A DNA stretch of 64,000 nt. Source: Polyangiales bacterium. GTDB lineage: Bacteria; Myxococcota_A; Polyangia; Polyangiales; Polyangiaceae. The DNA is taken from positions 1-64,000 of the forward strand of contig JBBRNJ010000035.1 in NCBI GenBank assembly GCA_038230375.1. Reading direction: 5' to 3'. The position numbers and the translations under genes are program-made. Positions 39,186-48,970 of this stretch are shown here, piece after piece (position 1 is the first letter of the stretch; each line of letters opens with the position of its first letter). The notes beneath the pieces were generated by a model. It was not told the origin of the DNA, made no database searches, and saw only the letters and a program-made list of their open reading frames with translations.

Positions 39186-40274
39186 ATGCAGATGCGGTCT
39201 CGTTCCCTTCTGGTGCTCGGAGCAGGCTCGTTGCTCGCGCTGGGCAGTACAACAGTCGCCTGTGGTGACGACAGCGTCTACGCGACAGGGGATGGCGGCG
39301 GCAGCGACGCAGGCAGCGCCTCCGACGGCACGGTGAGCCCGCCCGTCGACGCGGGCTTCTTCCAGGAGGACAGCGGTGGAGATGCGAGCGGTCCGGGCGT
39401 GGACCGCGGACCCACCAAGGCCTTCTTACCCAACCCGACAACGGCAACGCCGAGCGGTCTCTTCTGGCAGTACGGCGCGGACCCGGCGCTCTTCATCGCG
39501 GACGACGGCGCGAACGAGATCGTTCGCTGGGACGACAAGAAGGGATTCTCCACCCAGGTCACGCTGCCTCTGCCTCCGATGGACGGTGGCGGCCTCGGCG
39601 GACTCATTCGCCTGACCGACGGTACGTTCTTCGTCACCCGGTTCGGGTTCGGCGTGGGCGGCGGAATCGAGTACGTCGCGGCGACCGGCGACGCTGGTGA
39701 CATTCCCGGCCTCGACGTCACACGCAAGCGCGTGGGTCTCACGCTCCTACCCGACGGCACGCTCGCCACGACCTACTTCACGGGCTCCGGCGCCGCTGCG
39801 GTGGGCGCGGTCGCCAAGCTCACCGCGTTCACCGGCAACGAGAAGGACTTCATCACGGCGCTCACGATGCCGATAGGTGTACAGTACAATGATCTACAGC
39901 TCTTCGTGACGGACCAGCTTCAAGGCTACGTCGTGCAGTCGACGTCGCTCACGACCGGTGGCCCGTTCAACGCGCCGGGCGACGGCGGGCCAGACGGGGG
40001 CGGCTTCGACGCGGGCGACGCTGGCGGTCAGCCGAACGACTTCGTGGACCTCCCGAACGGCGACGCGCTCTGTCAGGGGCCCGACGGATCGCTCTTTGCT
40101 GCGACGAGCGACGGAAGCGTGTATCAGATCCTCCGGAATGGAACGAAGAAGCTCTTCGTCAGTGGGCTCACACGACCAAAGGGCGTTGCCTACGACGGCG
40201 CGAACAAACGCCTCTTCGTCGCCGACGTCGATCTCACGAACGGAAGCGCGCTTCGTATCTTCCCGGTCAACTGA
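39186..40274 (+). CDS. NHL/SGL-like beta-propeller lipoprotein
   Basis: Lipobox VAC; repeated P.G......LF(I/V)(A/T)D blades. Confidence 0.7.
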   Translation: MQMRSRSLLVLGAGSLLALGSTTVACGDDSVYATGDGGGSDAGSASDGTVSPPVDAGFFQEDSGGDASGPGVDRGPTKAFLPNPTTATPSGLFWQYGADPALFIADDGANEIVRWDDKKGFSTQVTLPLPPMDGGGLGGLIRLTDGTFFVTRFGFGVGGGIEYVAATGDAGDIPGLDVTRKRVGLTLLPDGTLATTYFTGSGAAAVGAVAKLTAFTGNEKDFITALTMPIGVQYNDLQLFVTDQLQGYVVQSTSLTTGGPFNAPGDGGPDGGGFDAGDAGGQPNDFVDLPNGDALCQGPDGSLFAATSDGSVYQILRNGTKKLFVSGLTRPKGVAYDGANKRLFVADVDLTNGSALRIFPVN

Positions 40275-40277
40275 CGA

Positions 40278-41630
40278 GTGAGCGCACTGATGCCATCCGT
40301 TCGCATCGTCCTCCTGCTCGCTGGCATTCCGTTCTGCTTCGCGAGCAGCTCGGCGATGGCCGCGGAGGACGAGCGCACGGTGCCCGCTGCGCACACCGAG
40401 CCGGCCGCGACCTCGCCCCCCGACCAGCGCGACCCCGTCGTCGCAAAGCTCCCGCGCGTCCGCTTCTCTGGATTCACCCAGGTCGACTGGGTCGCCATGA
40501 ACCAGAACTCGCAGGAGGAGCTCGACGTCCGCGGTCAGCCGCAGAACCAGGAGCGCTTCGTGCTGCGGCGCGCGCGGCTTCGCGCCGACGTGGACCGCGG
40601 CATCATCACCGGCGCGCTGGAGCTGGACGCGAACACGGTGAGCGGTCCGCAGGTGCGCCCCATCGCCGCCGAGGTGACGGCGCGCTGGCCCGTGAAGAAG
40701 GGCGGTACCTACGACTTCGCGTGGACCATGGGACTCATCCAGACGCCGTTCGGCGCGGAGGTGCAGGAGCTCGACTACATACGTCCGTTCCTGGAGCGAA
40801 GCGCCGTGTCGAACGCGTTCTTTCCCGGCGTGTACGACCTGGGAATGCGATTCCGTGGAAGATACAGGTTTCTCCACTACGCCCTTGGCCTCATGAACGG
40901 CGACCCCATCGGCGAGAAGTCGTTCCCCGGGCGCGATCCGAACAGGAGCAAGGACCTCGTGTTCCGCGTGGGTGTGAAGACGCCCGTCACGCGACGGATC
41001 GACGTGGACATGGGCTTCTCCGGCCTCTCTGGCAGCGGCTTCCACGCAGGCACGCCCACCACGAAGGACCAGCTGGTCTGGCGCGACACGAACGAAGACG
41101 GCATCGTCGACACCACGGAGATCCAGGTCATTCCCGGCACCGCAGCGACGCCCTCGCAGACGTTCCGTCGGTTCGGCGTGGGCGCGGATCTCAAGGTGCG
41201 CGTCAACGTCGGGCGCCTTGGGCACCTCACGCTGCGCGGCGAGATCATGCGCGGCAACAACCTGGATCGCGGCCTCTTCATCGCCGACCCGATCAGCGCC
41301 GGGCACGACCTGCGCGAGACCGGCTACTACGTTGGCCTCTCACAGGAGGTGACGCGCTACGGGCTGCTCGGGGTGCGCTACGACCGGTACGATCCGGACA
41401 GCGACGCGAGCGAGCAGCAGGGCCTCACCCTGGTTCCGCGCGACCGCAGCGTCAGCACGTTCGCCATGCTCGCCGGCCTCCGCCTCCCGAACGAGCACGG
41501 CCCGCTCTCTGCCGGCCGTCTGCTCTTCGAGTACGACCGCAACTACAACGCGCTCGGCCGCGGTACGAACGGCACGCCCACGACGCTCGCGAGCGACACG
41601 GCCATCCTCCGCGCGGAGATCACGTACTGA
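40278..41630 (+). CDS. Outer-membrane beta-barrel, OprO/P-like porin
   Basis: Signal peptide; FVLRRARL, TPFG.E, PFLERS, SKD...R, VRYDRYD; terminal aromatic. Confidence 0.7.
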   Translation: MSALMPSVRIVLLLAGIPFCFASSSAMAAEDERTVPAAHTEPAATSPPDQRDPVVAKLPRVRFSGFTQVDWVAMNQNSQEELDVRGQPQNQERFVLRRARLRADVDRGIITGALELDANTVSGPQVRPIAAEVTARWPVKKGGTYDFAWTMGLIQTPFGAEVQELDYIRPFLERSAVSNAFFPGVYDLGMRFRGRYRFLHYALGLMNGDPIGEKSFPGRDPNRSKDLVFRVGVKTPVTRRIDVDMGFSGLSGSGFHAGTPTTKDQLVWRDTNEDGIVDTTEIQVIPGTAATPSQTFRRFGVGADLKVRVNVGRLGHLTLRGEIMRGNNLDRGLFIADPISAGHDLRETGYYVGLSQEVTRYGLLGVRYDRYDPDSDASEQQGLTLVPRDRSVSTFAMLAGLRLPNEHGPLSAGRLLFEYDRNYNALGRGTNGTPTTLASDTAILRAEITY

Positions 41631-42535
41631 TGTCGCGCGCCGCCGTCGCGTCCATGTGCAGCGCGGCGCTCGCGTTCCTGCTCGTGCCCGCGTGCGACGA
41701 CGTGAAGGCCGACGACGGACTCGACGCGGATCTCACGGTGGACGGCGCGCAGTTCTATCGCGGGGCGCCGCCGGCAGCGAACGGCGGACCGGACGTCGTG
41801 GCCGTGGCGCTGCAGACCACGGAGGTGCACCTGGGCACCACCGGAAAACCTGTATCCTGCACGCTTTCGACGGACGCGACCGCCGCGGGCTTCGCGCTCC
41901 AGGGAGACGTGGGATACTGGATCGTGCCTTCGGGCGCGGCCGCGGTCGAGACGCCGGGCGCGCCGGCCGTGAAGACCCAGCTGTCCTTCTCGCGAAGCAT
42001 CGCGCTGGGCACACGCCCGCTGCTGGTCTTCGCGGTGGACGCGTCAGGCAAGGTGGGCGCCGCGACCGAGACCAACCTGGTCGTCACGGACCCGTACGCG
42101 CCGAAGGGCCGACTCATCATCTCGCTCACGTGGGACACGGAGGCGGATCTGGATCTCCACGTGGTCGACACCGCGGGCGTGGAGATCTACAAGGGCAACC
42201 TCAACTCCTACCAGAAGCCACCGCCGGGCACGCCGGTGGACCCGAGCGCCGTGAAGAGCGGCGGTATCCTGGACTTCGACTCCAACGCCGACTGCGTGAT
42301 CGACGGACGCCGCGCAGAGCACGTGACGTACGCGAACGCGCCGCCGTCGGGCCACTACACCGTCCGCGTGGACACCTTCTCGTTGTGCGATGCGCACAGT
42401 GCAAACTGGCGCGTATCCGCGACCCTCGACGGCAAGGGCCTGGGCACGTCGCACGGTGAGTCCACGGACGCTGACGAACAGACCGCACACGATCGCGGCG
42501 CGGGAGTGCTGGCGCTGGAGTTCGACGTGCCGTGA
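41630..42535 (+). CDS. Lipoprotein with YfaP/DUF2135-like domain
   Basis: TGATG overlap; lipobox VPAC; ISLTWDTEADLDLHV, LDFDSN..C, GHYTVRV. Confidence 0.75.
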   Translation: MSRAAVASMCSAALAFLLVPACDDVKADDGLDADLTVDGAQFYRGAPPAANGGPDVVAVALQTTEVHLGTTGKPVSCTLSTDATAAGFALQGDVGYWIVPSGAAAVETPGAPAVKTQLSFSRSIALGTRPLLVFAVDASGKVGAATETNLVVTDPYAPKGRLIISLTWDTEADLDLHVVDTAGVEIYKGNLNSYQKPPPGTPVDPSAVKSGGILDFDSNADCVIDGRRAEHVTYANAPPSGHYTVRVDTFSLCDAHSANWRVSATLDGKGLGTSHGESTDADEQTAHDRGAGVLALEFDVP

Positions 42536-45024
42536 GGTCACGCTCCGCCAAGGCGGCGTGGCTGACCGCATGCGTGACGCTCTTCGCATGTACGTGTAGC
42601 ATACATGCAGTCGCGCAAGAGAAGAGCTCCGACGTGGGCGGCGCCCCCGCCAAGCGCCGCCTGACGAAGATGCCAAAGCTGGAGCGCTTCGTCCCCGCCG
42701 AGTACCCGAAGGCGCGCCGCGACAAGGGCGAGACCGCCAGCGTGCTCCTCACCATCGAGCTCTCCGCCACGGGAGAAGTAACGAAGGTCACAGTCCAGGC
42801 CAGCGCCGGAGCCGACTTCGACGAAGCCGCCATCGCCGCCGCAAAACAGTTCCACTTCGAACCCGCCGAGGTCGACAACAAACCAGCCCCCGCCAAGATC
42901 ACCTACCGCTACGACTTCACCCTCACCCCATCCCCTTCACCTTCCCCCAACCCTTCACCTTCACCCAACCCTTCACCTTCACCCAACCCTTCACCTTCCC
43001 CTTCCCCCAACCCTTCACCTTCACCTCCGCTCCCTCCCCCTCCCGACGTCACCACAGTCGAAGCCCGCTCCACCACCTCCCGCAAGGAGACCGGTGGCGT
43101 CCGCGTCTCCGCCGACGAAGCGCGCCGCGTCCCGGGCACCCAAGGCGACGTGCTGAAGGTCGTGCAGAACCTCCCGGGCGTCTCGCGCCCGCCGCTCGCA
43201 TCCGGGCAGCTCGTGGTGTGGGGCTCCGCGCCGAACGACACGCGCGTCCTCATCGACGGCGTGGAGGTGCCCGCGCTCTATCATGGCAGCGGCCTGCGCT
43301 CCGTCGTGAGCTCCGACTTCGTCTCGAGCGTGGAGCTGTCACCGGGCGCGTTCGGAGCCGAGTACGGTCGCGGCCTCGGCGGTCTCGTGCGCGTGGACAG
43401 CCGCAACATCGCGAAGGACGGGCCACACACCTTCGTCGCGGCGGACACGCTGGATGCGGCGGTCATGCACGCGCGGCCGATCACGGAGGACGTGCGCGCC
43501 TCGGTACTTGCAAGATACAGCTATCTGGACGCACTGGTTCCGCTGGTGTCATCCAGGGATACCGGCGCTACGTTCCCCATCCCGCGCTACGGGGATTTTC
43601 AGGCAAAAACGACGTTCGACCTGGGCCCGCGCGAGTCCGTGGACCTGGTAGGCCTTGGCTCGTTCGACGCGCTCGATCGCACGGTGTCGTCGCCCGATCC
43701 GGGCAGCGTGCGGTCCGTGCAGAGCCGCTCCAGCTTCGAGCGCGTGTATGCGCGATGGGTCTCCTCGTCGCAGTCGCAGACCAGCATCGTCACGCCGTTC
43801 GCGGGCTACGAGGACAGCCGACAGGCTCTCCATTTTGGCGGAACACCCGCGACGCTCGACGTGGGGAGCGCGGTGTACGGGCTACGCGCATCGCGGCGGG
43901 AGAAGGTGGGCGAGCGCGCGCACGTCACGGTCGGCATGGACGCCCTTGGTCGCGCATCCAACGTGTCGCGCCAGGGATCGCTCACGCTGCCGCCGCGCGA
44001 AGGCGACGTGTCCGTGTTCGGTCAGCCACCCGGAGACGATGTGGCGACCGATCGCGAAAAGACCCACGTGCTGAACGTGGCGCCGGACGTCGCGACCGAT
44101 ATTGCGATCGGGCCTGCGACGTTCACGCTCGGCGTGCGCATGGAGAACTACCTGATCGAGGGCTCGCGCCAGACGCCGAAGGTGGGCCTCACGCCGGAGA
44201 TCGGCTTCTCGCGTCTGGAGCTCGCGTTCGATCCGCGGGCCGCCGCGCGCATTCGCGTGGCCGATGGTCTCGTGGTGACGGCAGCGGGCGGCTTCTACAG
44301 GCAGGCGCCCGCGCCCGAGGATCTCTCCGCTGTCTTCGGCACGCCCGCGCTCAGCGTCTCCAAGGCCACGCACGCAAGCCTGGCGGAGGAGGTGCGCGTC
44401 ACGGAGACGACAACTGTCGAGGTCACGGAGTTCGTGAAGTCGCTGTCGGACCTTCCGGTGCGCACGCAGCTTCCGTCTCCGATTCTGGCGCGGGTCCTCA
44501 CGCAGAACGGCGAGGGGCGCAGCTTCGGCGCGCAGCTCCTGGTTCGTCAGGAGCTCACGCGCGGCTTCTTCGCGTGGCTCTCGTACACCATCAGCCGCTC
44601 GGAGCGGCGCATCGTCGGCGACGATCGCTACCGGCTCTTCGACTACGATCAGCCCCACGTCCTTGCGGCCGTGGCCAGCTACGAGGTCGGGCGCTTCACG
44701 TTCGGCCTGCGCTTCCGCGCCTCCTCGGGCTACCCGCGCACGCCTGTGGTCGCCTCCACGTACGACGCAAAGAACGATCGCTACGACCCGGTCTTCGGCG
44801 CGCAGAACGCGGCGCGTTTGCCGGCGTTCTACCAGCTGGACGCAAAGATCGATCGCGTGTTCCCACTGGGCCTTGGCCGCAAGCTCACCGTGTACCTGGA
44901 CGTGGAGAACGTCACCGCGCACGACAACGCGGAGGAGTACGTGTACTCGTTCGACTACGCCCGCCGCGGCATCATCACCGGCCTGCCGACGATCGCGGTC
45001 GTTGGAGCAAGGCTGGATTTTTGA
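42532..45024 (+). CDS. TonB-dependent receptor with fused N-terminal TonB_C domain
   Basis: YP..AR...FDEAAIAAAKQFHFEPA TonB_C; plug PGTQGDVLKVVQNLPGV, FGAEYGR; C-terminal Phe. Confidence 0.9.
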   Translation: MRSRSAKAAWLTACVTLFACTCSIHAVAQEKSSDVGGAPAKRRLTKMPKLERFVPAEYPKARRDKGETASVLLTIELSATGEVTKVTVQASAGADFDEAAIAAAKQFHFEPAEVDNKPAPAKITYRYDFTLTPSPSPSPNPSPSPNPSPSPNPSPSPSPNPSPSPPLPPPPDVTTVEARSTTSRKETGGVRVSADEARRVPGTQGDVLKVVQNLPGVSRPPLASGQLVVWGSAPNDTRVLIDGVEVPALYHGSGLRSVVSSDFVSSVELSPGAFGAEYGRGLGGLVRVDSRNIAKDGPHTFVAADTLDAAVMHARPITEDVRASVLARYSYLDALVPLVSSRDTGATFPIPRYGDFQAKTTFDLGPRESVDLVGLGSFDALDRTVSSPDPGSVRSVQSRSSFERVYARWVSSSQSQTSIVTPFAGYEDSRQALHFGGTPATLDVGSAVYGLRASRREKVGERAHVTVGMDALGRASNVSRQGSLTLPPREGDVSVFGQPPGDDVATDREKTHVLNVAPDVATDIAIGPATFTLGVRMENYLIEGSRQTPKVGLTPEIGFSRLELAFDPRAAARIRVADGLVVTAAGGFYRQAPAPEDLSAVFGTPALSVSKATHASLAEEVRVTETTTVEVTEFVKSLSDLPVRTQLPSPILARVLTQNGEGRSFGAQLLVRQELTRGFFAWLSYTISRSERRIVGDDRYRLFDYDQPHVLAAVASYEVGRFTFGLRFRASSGYPRTPVVASTYDAKNDRYDPVFGAQNAARLPAFYQLDAKIDRVFPLGLGRKLTVYLDVENVTAHDNAEEYVYSFDYARRGIITGLPTIAVVGARLDF
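42925..43043 (+). repeat. G-free 18-bp repeat encoding a (PSPSPN)n linker
   Basis: AACCCTTCACCTTCACCC-type units between TonB_C and plug. Confidence 0.9.
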
Positions 45025-45953
45025 TGCATACTACACCCATCTCACGCGCGACCGTCGCGGCCCTCGCGCTGGCAGCCATCGCCGCAGGTGTGCCGGGCTG
45101 CGAACCGAGCTTCTCGGATCGCCCGTCGCTGGTGTCGGGCCCGAAGATCCTGGCGGTGCGTTCGGAGCCGGCGGAGGCCGCGCCGGGCACTGCTGTCGTG
45201 CTCTCGGCGCTTGTGGTGGACACGCAAGGAACGGTGACCGCGCCGCCATCCGCGTGGGGCTTCTGTCGTGCCCCGAAGCTGGTCGCGGAGAACGCAGCCG
45301 TCAGCCCGGACTGCACGGGCGAAGCCGCGATCGCGCCGATCGCAAATACGCTGGGCGGGGTGACCGGCACGGTTCCGCCGGACGCGTGCTCGCTCTTCGG
45401 GCCCGAGACCGCATCGGGGAGCAATCTACGCCCGCGCGATCCCGATCCGACCGGCGGCTTCTACACGCCCGTTCGCCTGCGCGCGAACGAGCAGATGGCG
45501 TTCGGCCTGCTCCGCACCAGGTGCGATCTTGCCAACGCGCCGGGCGACATCGTGACCGCGTTCGCGCAGGCTTATCAGGCGAACAAGAACCCGCGCATCG
45601 CGAGCCTCACGCGCGTGGACGACGTGAAGGAGGCCGCATTCGCCTCCGCCACCCGCGGCGAGTCCGTGCGGCTGCGCATTCGATGGGCCGATGCCGACGC
45701 GGAGCACTACCCCTTCTACGACGCCACGACCGTGACCCTGATCGACCGCCGAGAGTCCATCCGTGTGTCCTTTTACACGACCGCCGGCTCCTTCGATCTC
45801 GATCGCAGCGGCCGCGACGAGGCAGATCCCAACACCTTCACCGACGACGTCTGGCACGCCCCCGGCGACGCAGGCACCGTGCATCTCTGGTTCGTGCTGC
45901 GAGACAGCCGCGGAGGCGTAGCGTTCACCACCACGAGCATCACCGTCGACTAG
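45024..45953 (+). CDS. Lipoprotein coupled to the TonB receptor
   Basis: TGATG overlap; lipobox VPGC; ILAVRSEPAEAAPG, WFVLRDSRGG. Confidence 0.8.
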   Translation: MHTTPISRATVAALALAAIAAGVPGCEPSFSDRPSLVSGPKILAVRSEPAEAAPGTAVVLSALVVDTQGTVTAPPSAWGFCRAPKLVAENAAVSPDCTGEAAIAPIANTLGGVTGTVPPDACSLFGPETASGSNLRPRDPDPTGGFYTPVRLRANEQMAFGLLRTRCDLANAPGDIVTAFAQAYQANKNPRIASLTRVDDVKEAAFASATRGESVRLRIRWADADAEHYPFYDATTVTLIDRRESIRVSFYTTAGSFDLDRSGRDEADPNTFTDDVWHAPGDAGTVHLWFVLRDSRGGVAFTTTSITVD

Positions 45954-46227
45954 CCAGGCCAGTGCTTCACGGAGGCTGGCTTATCAATTCGTTTCGCCTC
46001 GATGCTCACGAGCCCTCCGTAGGCCGGCGAATCATGGCGCACTTCATCGCTGTCGCAAAACCCCTGTGCGATCGCCGAACCCGATGCGCGACGAGATCAA
46101 GCAGCTCCTCGGCCGCCGCCGAGGTCATCGCGCTCGTCTGGATCGCGGGTGCTGCCCGGAATGGCTCGACCTTCGTTTCGCACTCTTTCTGCGCCGCAGG
46201 GGGAGATCGCGACATTCTGGGCGCTGC

Positions 46228-47308
46228 TCATTTGCGGGCAGTAGCCCTTGTCATCGCCGCGACCTGTGCTTCGACCTCTTTGGCGACGTCAGCTAGAAGC
46301 TTGTCCGCAGCGTCCATCGCGCAGGCAACGCCAAATGCACCGACGACAAAGGGTACGGCGAGCGCGACGTCGGGAGTGTCAGGGAACCCGGTGAAGCCAG
46401 ACACGGTGAGCACGCGCCCGCGATCACTGCCAATCGCCTGGACCACCTCGCCCACCGCCGCAGCGATCGCAAAGCGAGTCGCAGGTGGTGAGAGCGCTTC
46501 AGCGAGTTCCTTCAGCAGATAAGCCTTCGGTGCCTGCGCCAGAACTTCAGCACCGTGCTCCTCCTCGAGTCGTTCGATGATGCGGGCTGCGTTTCGCGCA
46601 CCGACCAACTCTGACATCTTGCGGATCTCGGCAGCGGCGTTGCGCGTTCTCTCTAGCAGGTCCTTGGTATCGAGCGGTCGATGACCGAGTTGCTTCACAC
46701 GGAGAGCCAGCGCAGCCTCGTCGCGGATCTCGATACTTGTGCCGTGCTCGCCTATGATGTCGGTCCAAACACTCGTCGCATCGACGTCGAGATCGTCCGC
46801 GAGGAAGCGAGAGAAGCGCGCGGTCTCGACCGTCGTACCCAGCCCGATGATGCGATTGCGCGGCCAGCGCGTTTGCTCTGCGACCCACGTGACCGTAGCT
46901 TCGACGGGGTTCGTGACGATGAGCAACACGCCGAGGTCTTTGGGGTTGCCGTCCGTCCTCTTGACGTGCGCCGAGAGCGCGCCCAGGATGCTCCCAGCTT
47001 CATCGCCCTTCAGAAGCCGCGCGCTCTCTTCGGCCTTCTCAGCACGTGTCTCTGTTCCCCGAAGCTTCGGGCCTGCGGCCACGACGATGACGTTGCAGCC
47101 CATCGTACATCCGCTCGTCCCATGGCTTTCCCGCCCGCGCGGCGAGCGGTGTGCCCCAGGAGCGGCTCTGTTCGAGGTCCATCCGAACGGCTTCCGCGGT
47201 CTCTAAAGTCCTGTTGGCCAAGACGAGACTACGGGCAATTCCCTGGCTCACCAGGAGATGCGCTGTGGCCTCTCCGACATCGCCAAGGCCGATCACCGCG
47301 ACCCTCAT
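46228..47308 (-). pseudogene. LDH/MDH-fold 2-hydroxyacid dehydrogenase split by a +1 frameshift
   Basis: N-part VAVIGLGDVG in one frame; VIVVAAG, TNPV, GLGTTVETARF, IIGEHG in another; span 1081 nt = 3n+1. Confidence 0.8.
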
Positions 47309-47676
47309 GGCGTCAGGGCCGCCATCGCAGAAGCGAGAGTTGTGTGGCTCTCCGCTGGCATCTTGCGACGCGCGAAAGCACGTTCGACACCTTCGCAATA
47401 TGTCCGTCGCGTGGGATCGTACACCCACACCGCCTTGTGTCCCTCCCCGCGGACCCGCACCAGCGCGCTGCAGATGACCTCCTCGCCCCACGAGTCCATG
47501 AAGCTGACGTTCTGTAGGTCCACGAGAAGCGGACCGGTCACCGCGATATCGAGCTTCTCGGCCGCGTCCCGCCGGACATCGAGTGGCAGATCTCGCGTCC
47601 AGTCGCCCCGGAGGCACCAGATCGCGACGCCGCTCTCGTTGATATTCTCGACCCGCGGTGCTTCGTAGTGGTTCAC
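47305..47676 (-). CDS. STAS-domain anti-sigma-factor antagonist
   Basis: LLVDLQNVSFMDSWG with the phospho-acceptor Ser; 4-nt overlaps on both sides. Confidence 0.85.
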   Translation of the reverse strand: MNHYEAPRVENINESGVAIWCLRGDWTRDLPLDVRRDAAEKLDIAVTGPLLVDLQNVSFMDSWGEEVICSALVRVRGEGHKAVWVYDPTRRTYCEGVERAFARRKMPAESHTTLASAMAALTP

Positions 47677-48047
47677 TGAGGACCTCTCTCCAAGATGATC
47701 TGGTTGGTGTCGGCTTGGTAGTGGTGGGCCCAAGTCCAACTGCTCAACGCGAGTTTCCATGCGCAGGTGTCGAGCCCGTGTGCGTCGCTTTCTGAGGCGC
47801 GGCTCACGCTGTCGAACTCCGCTCCGGGTAGGCAGATCTCGATGCGTGCTGACGACACCTCCACGCGGATGATGGTTCCCGGTTCCGGCGCGCTGTGTTC
47901 AAGCACGTTGGTAGCTAGCTCCCAGAGTACGTCCCGGAGGCGGGCCGCGACGGTTTCGTCGTGATGAGCGGTCAATGCCGCGTGGACCTCGAGGCGCAAC
48001 CCGCGAAGCGCCGCAGCGTCACCGACTTCCGCGGAGTGTGCTGTCAT
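47673..48047 (-). CDS. RsbW/SpoIIAB-like HATPase anti-sigma kinase (divergent)
   Basis: N-box WELATNVLEHS; degenerate G1 (LPGAEFD) and G2 (HGL). Confidence 0.72.
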   Translation of the reverse strand: MTAHSAEVGDAAALRGLRLEVHAALTAHHDETVAARLRDVLWELATNVLEHSAPEPGTIIRVEVSSARIEICLPGAEFDSVSRASESDAHGLDTCAWKLALSSWTWAHHYQADTNQIILERGPQ

Positions 48048-48970
48048 GGCATCACCGCGATGGCGAGTCGGTCGTCGCGGCGACCGTGGCCATCGTCGTC
48101 TCTCAAGCGGCCCTCGAGCGCGAAGGCGACATCCCTCGGGTCCTTTGCGCTGTTCAGCACGTAACGCAGTTCGGGAGAGTCCCAGAGCGTTTTTGCGCCC
48201 CTTGTCGGCAGGCTGGCGAGGCCGTCCGTTGCAAGGACGAGGAGCGCGTTTTCATCAAGCACGCGTTCGCCGGTGAAGGAGCCGGCAGGGCCGCCGGGGT
48301 TACCCGTCCACTGAACGAGGCGGCCGCTTCGGAGAAAGGGAGGCGGCATGTTGAGACGACACTGGGTCAGCCGGCGTTCGCGACGATCGAATCGCACGAC
48401 GCATGCGCTCGTTCGTTCGATGGGTTCTCCGAGGAAGCGCCAGAAGCGCACGAGGACGTCGATGATGTCTTCGGGGGTCGGGACGCCGCCACCCGGTAGG
48501 ACGGTTGCTCCAAACACGCAGCTCGCGGCAATGCGTCCGAGAGGCGCAGCAATCTCGCCAGACCCCTGGGCGTCGAGGAGAACGAGGAAGACGCTGGAGC
48601 GAAGGTCGACTGCAAAGGCGAGGTCGCCGCCATCGGTGCCGGCTGGGCGGTCAACGACGGCGGAGCGCCACTGCGCCGCCTCCAGCGAGCGGAGGAAGGC
48701 CGCACGCGGGAGCTCGGCCTCGATCGGTCGGGGGGGTGAGGTGCTCCGGGTGGCGATCTCGGTCCCCGCTTGGACGAGCTGCCCTTCAGGGAGATCGAGC
48801 GCGTGTTCGAGACGAGAGAGAACATCCCGAGACGGTCGTGTGCGACCGCTCTCGTAATAGGAGAGGACGGACTGAGAGATCTTGGAGCGCGAGGCGAGGT
48901 CTCGCTGGGACAATGCGCGGTGGATCCGTGCTCGACGGAGCAGGTCGCCAACGTTGGTGCGGGTCGTCAC
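48044..48970 (-). CDS. XRE-HTH fused to SpoIIE/RsbU-type PP2C phosphatase
   Basis: LSQRDLA...ISQSVLSYYESGRTRP HTH; GGD, DAQGSG, TDGL, RDD motifs. Confidence 0.85.
   Translation of the reverse strand: MTTRTNVGDLLRRARIHRALSQRDLASRSKISQSVLSYYESGRTRPSRDVLSRLEHALDLPEGQLVQAGTEIATRSTSPPRPIEAELPRAAFLRSLEAAQWRSAVVDRPAGTDGGDLAFAVDLRSSVFLVLLDAQGSGEIAAPLGRIAASCVFGATVLPGGGVPTPEDIIDVLVRFWRFLGEPIERTSACVVRFDRRERRLTQCRLNMPPPFLRSGRLVQWTGNPGGPAGSFTGERVLDENALLVLATDGLASLPTRGAKTLWDSPELRYVLNSAKDPRDVAFALEGRLRDDDGHGRRDDRLAIAVMP

Noticed and set aside
40721..45953. 604-aa and 911-aa ORFs as fusion proteins
   Set aside because: The real genes start at lipoprotein signal peptides at 41630 and 45024; upstream parts are off-frame overlaps.
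46006..46215. 69-aa ORF after the LDH-like gene as another cassette member
   Set aside because: Co-oriented and 12 bp away, but no clear RBS, overlap or motif; cannot be supported without homologs.
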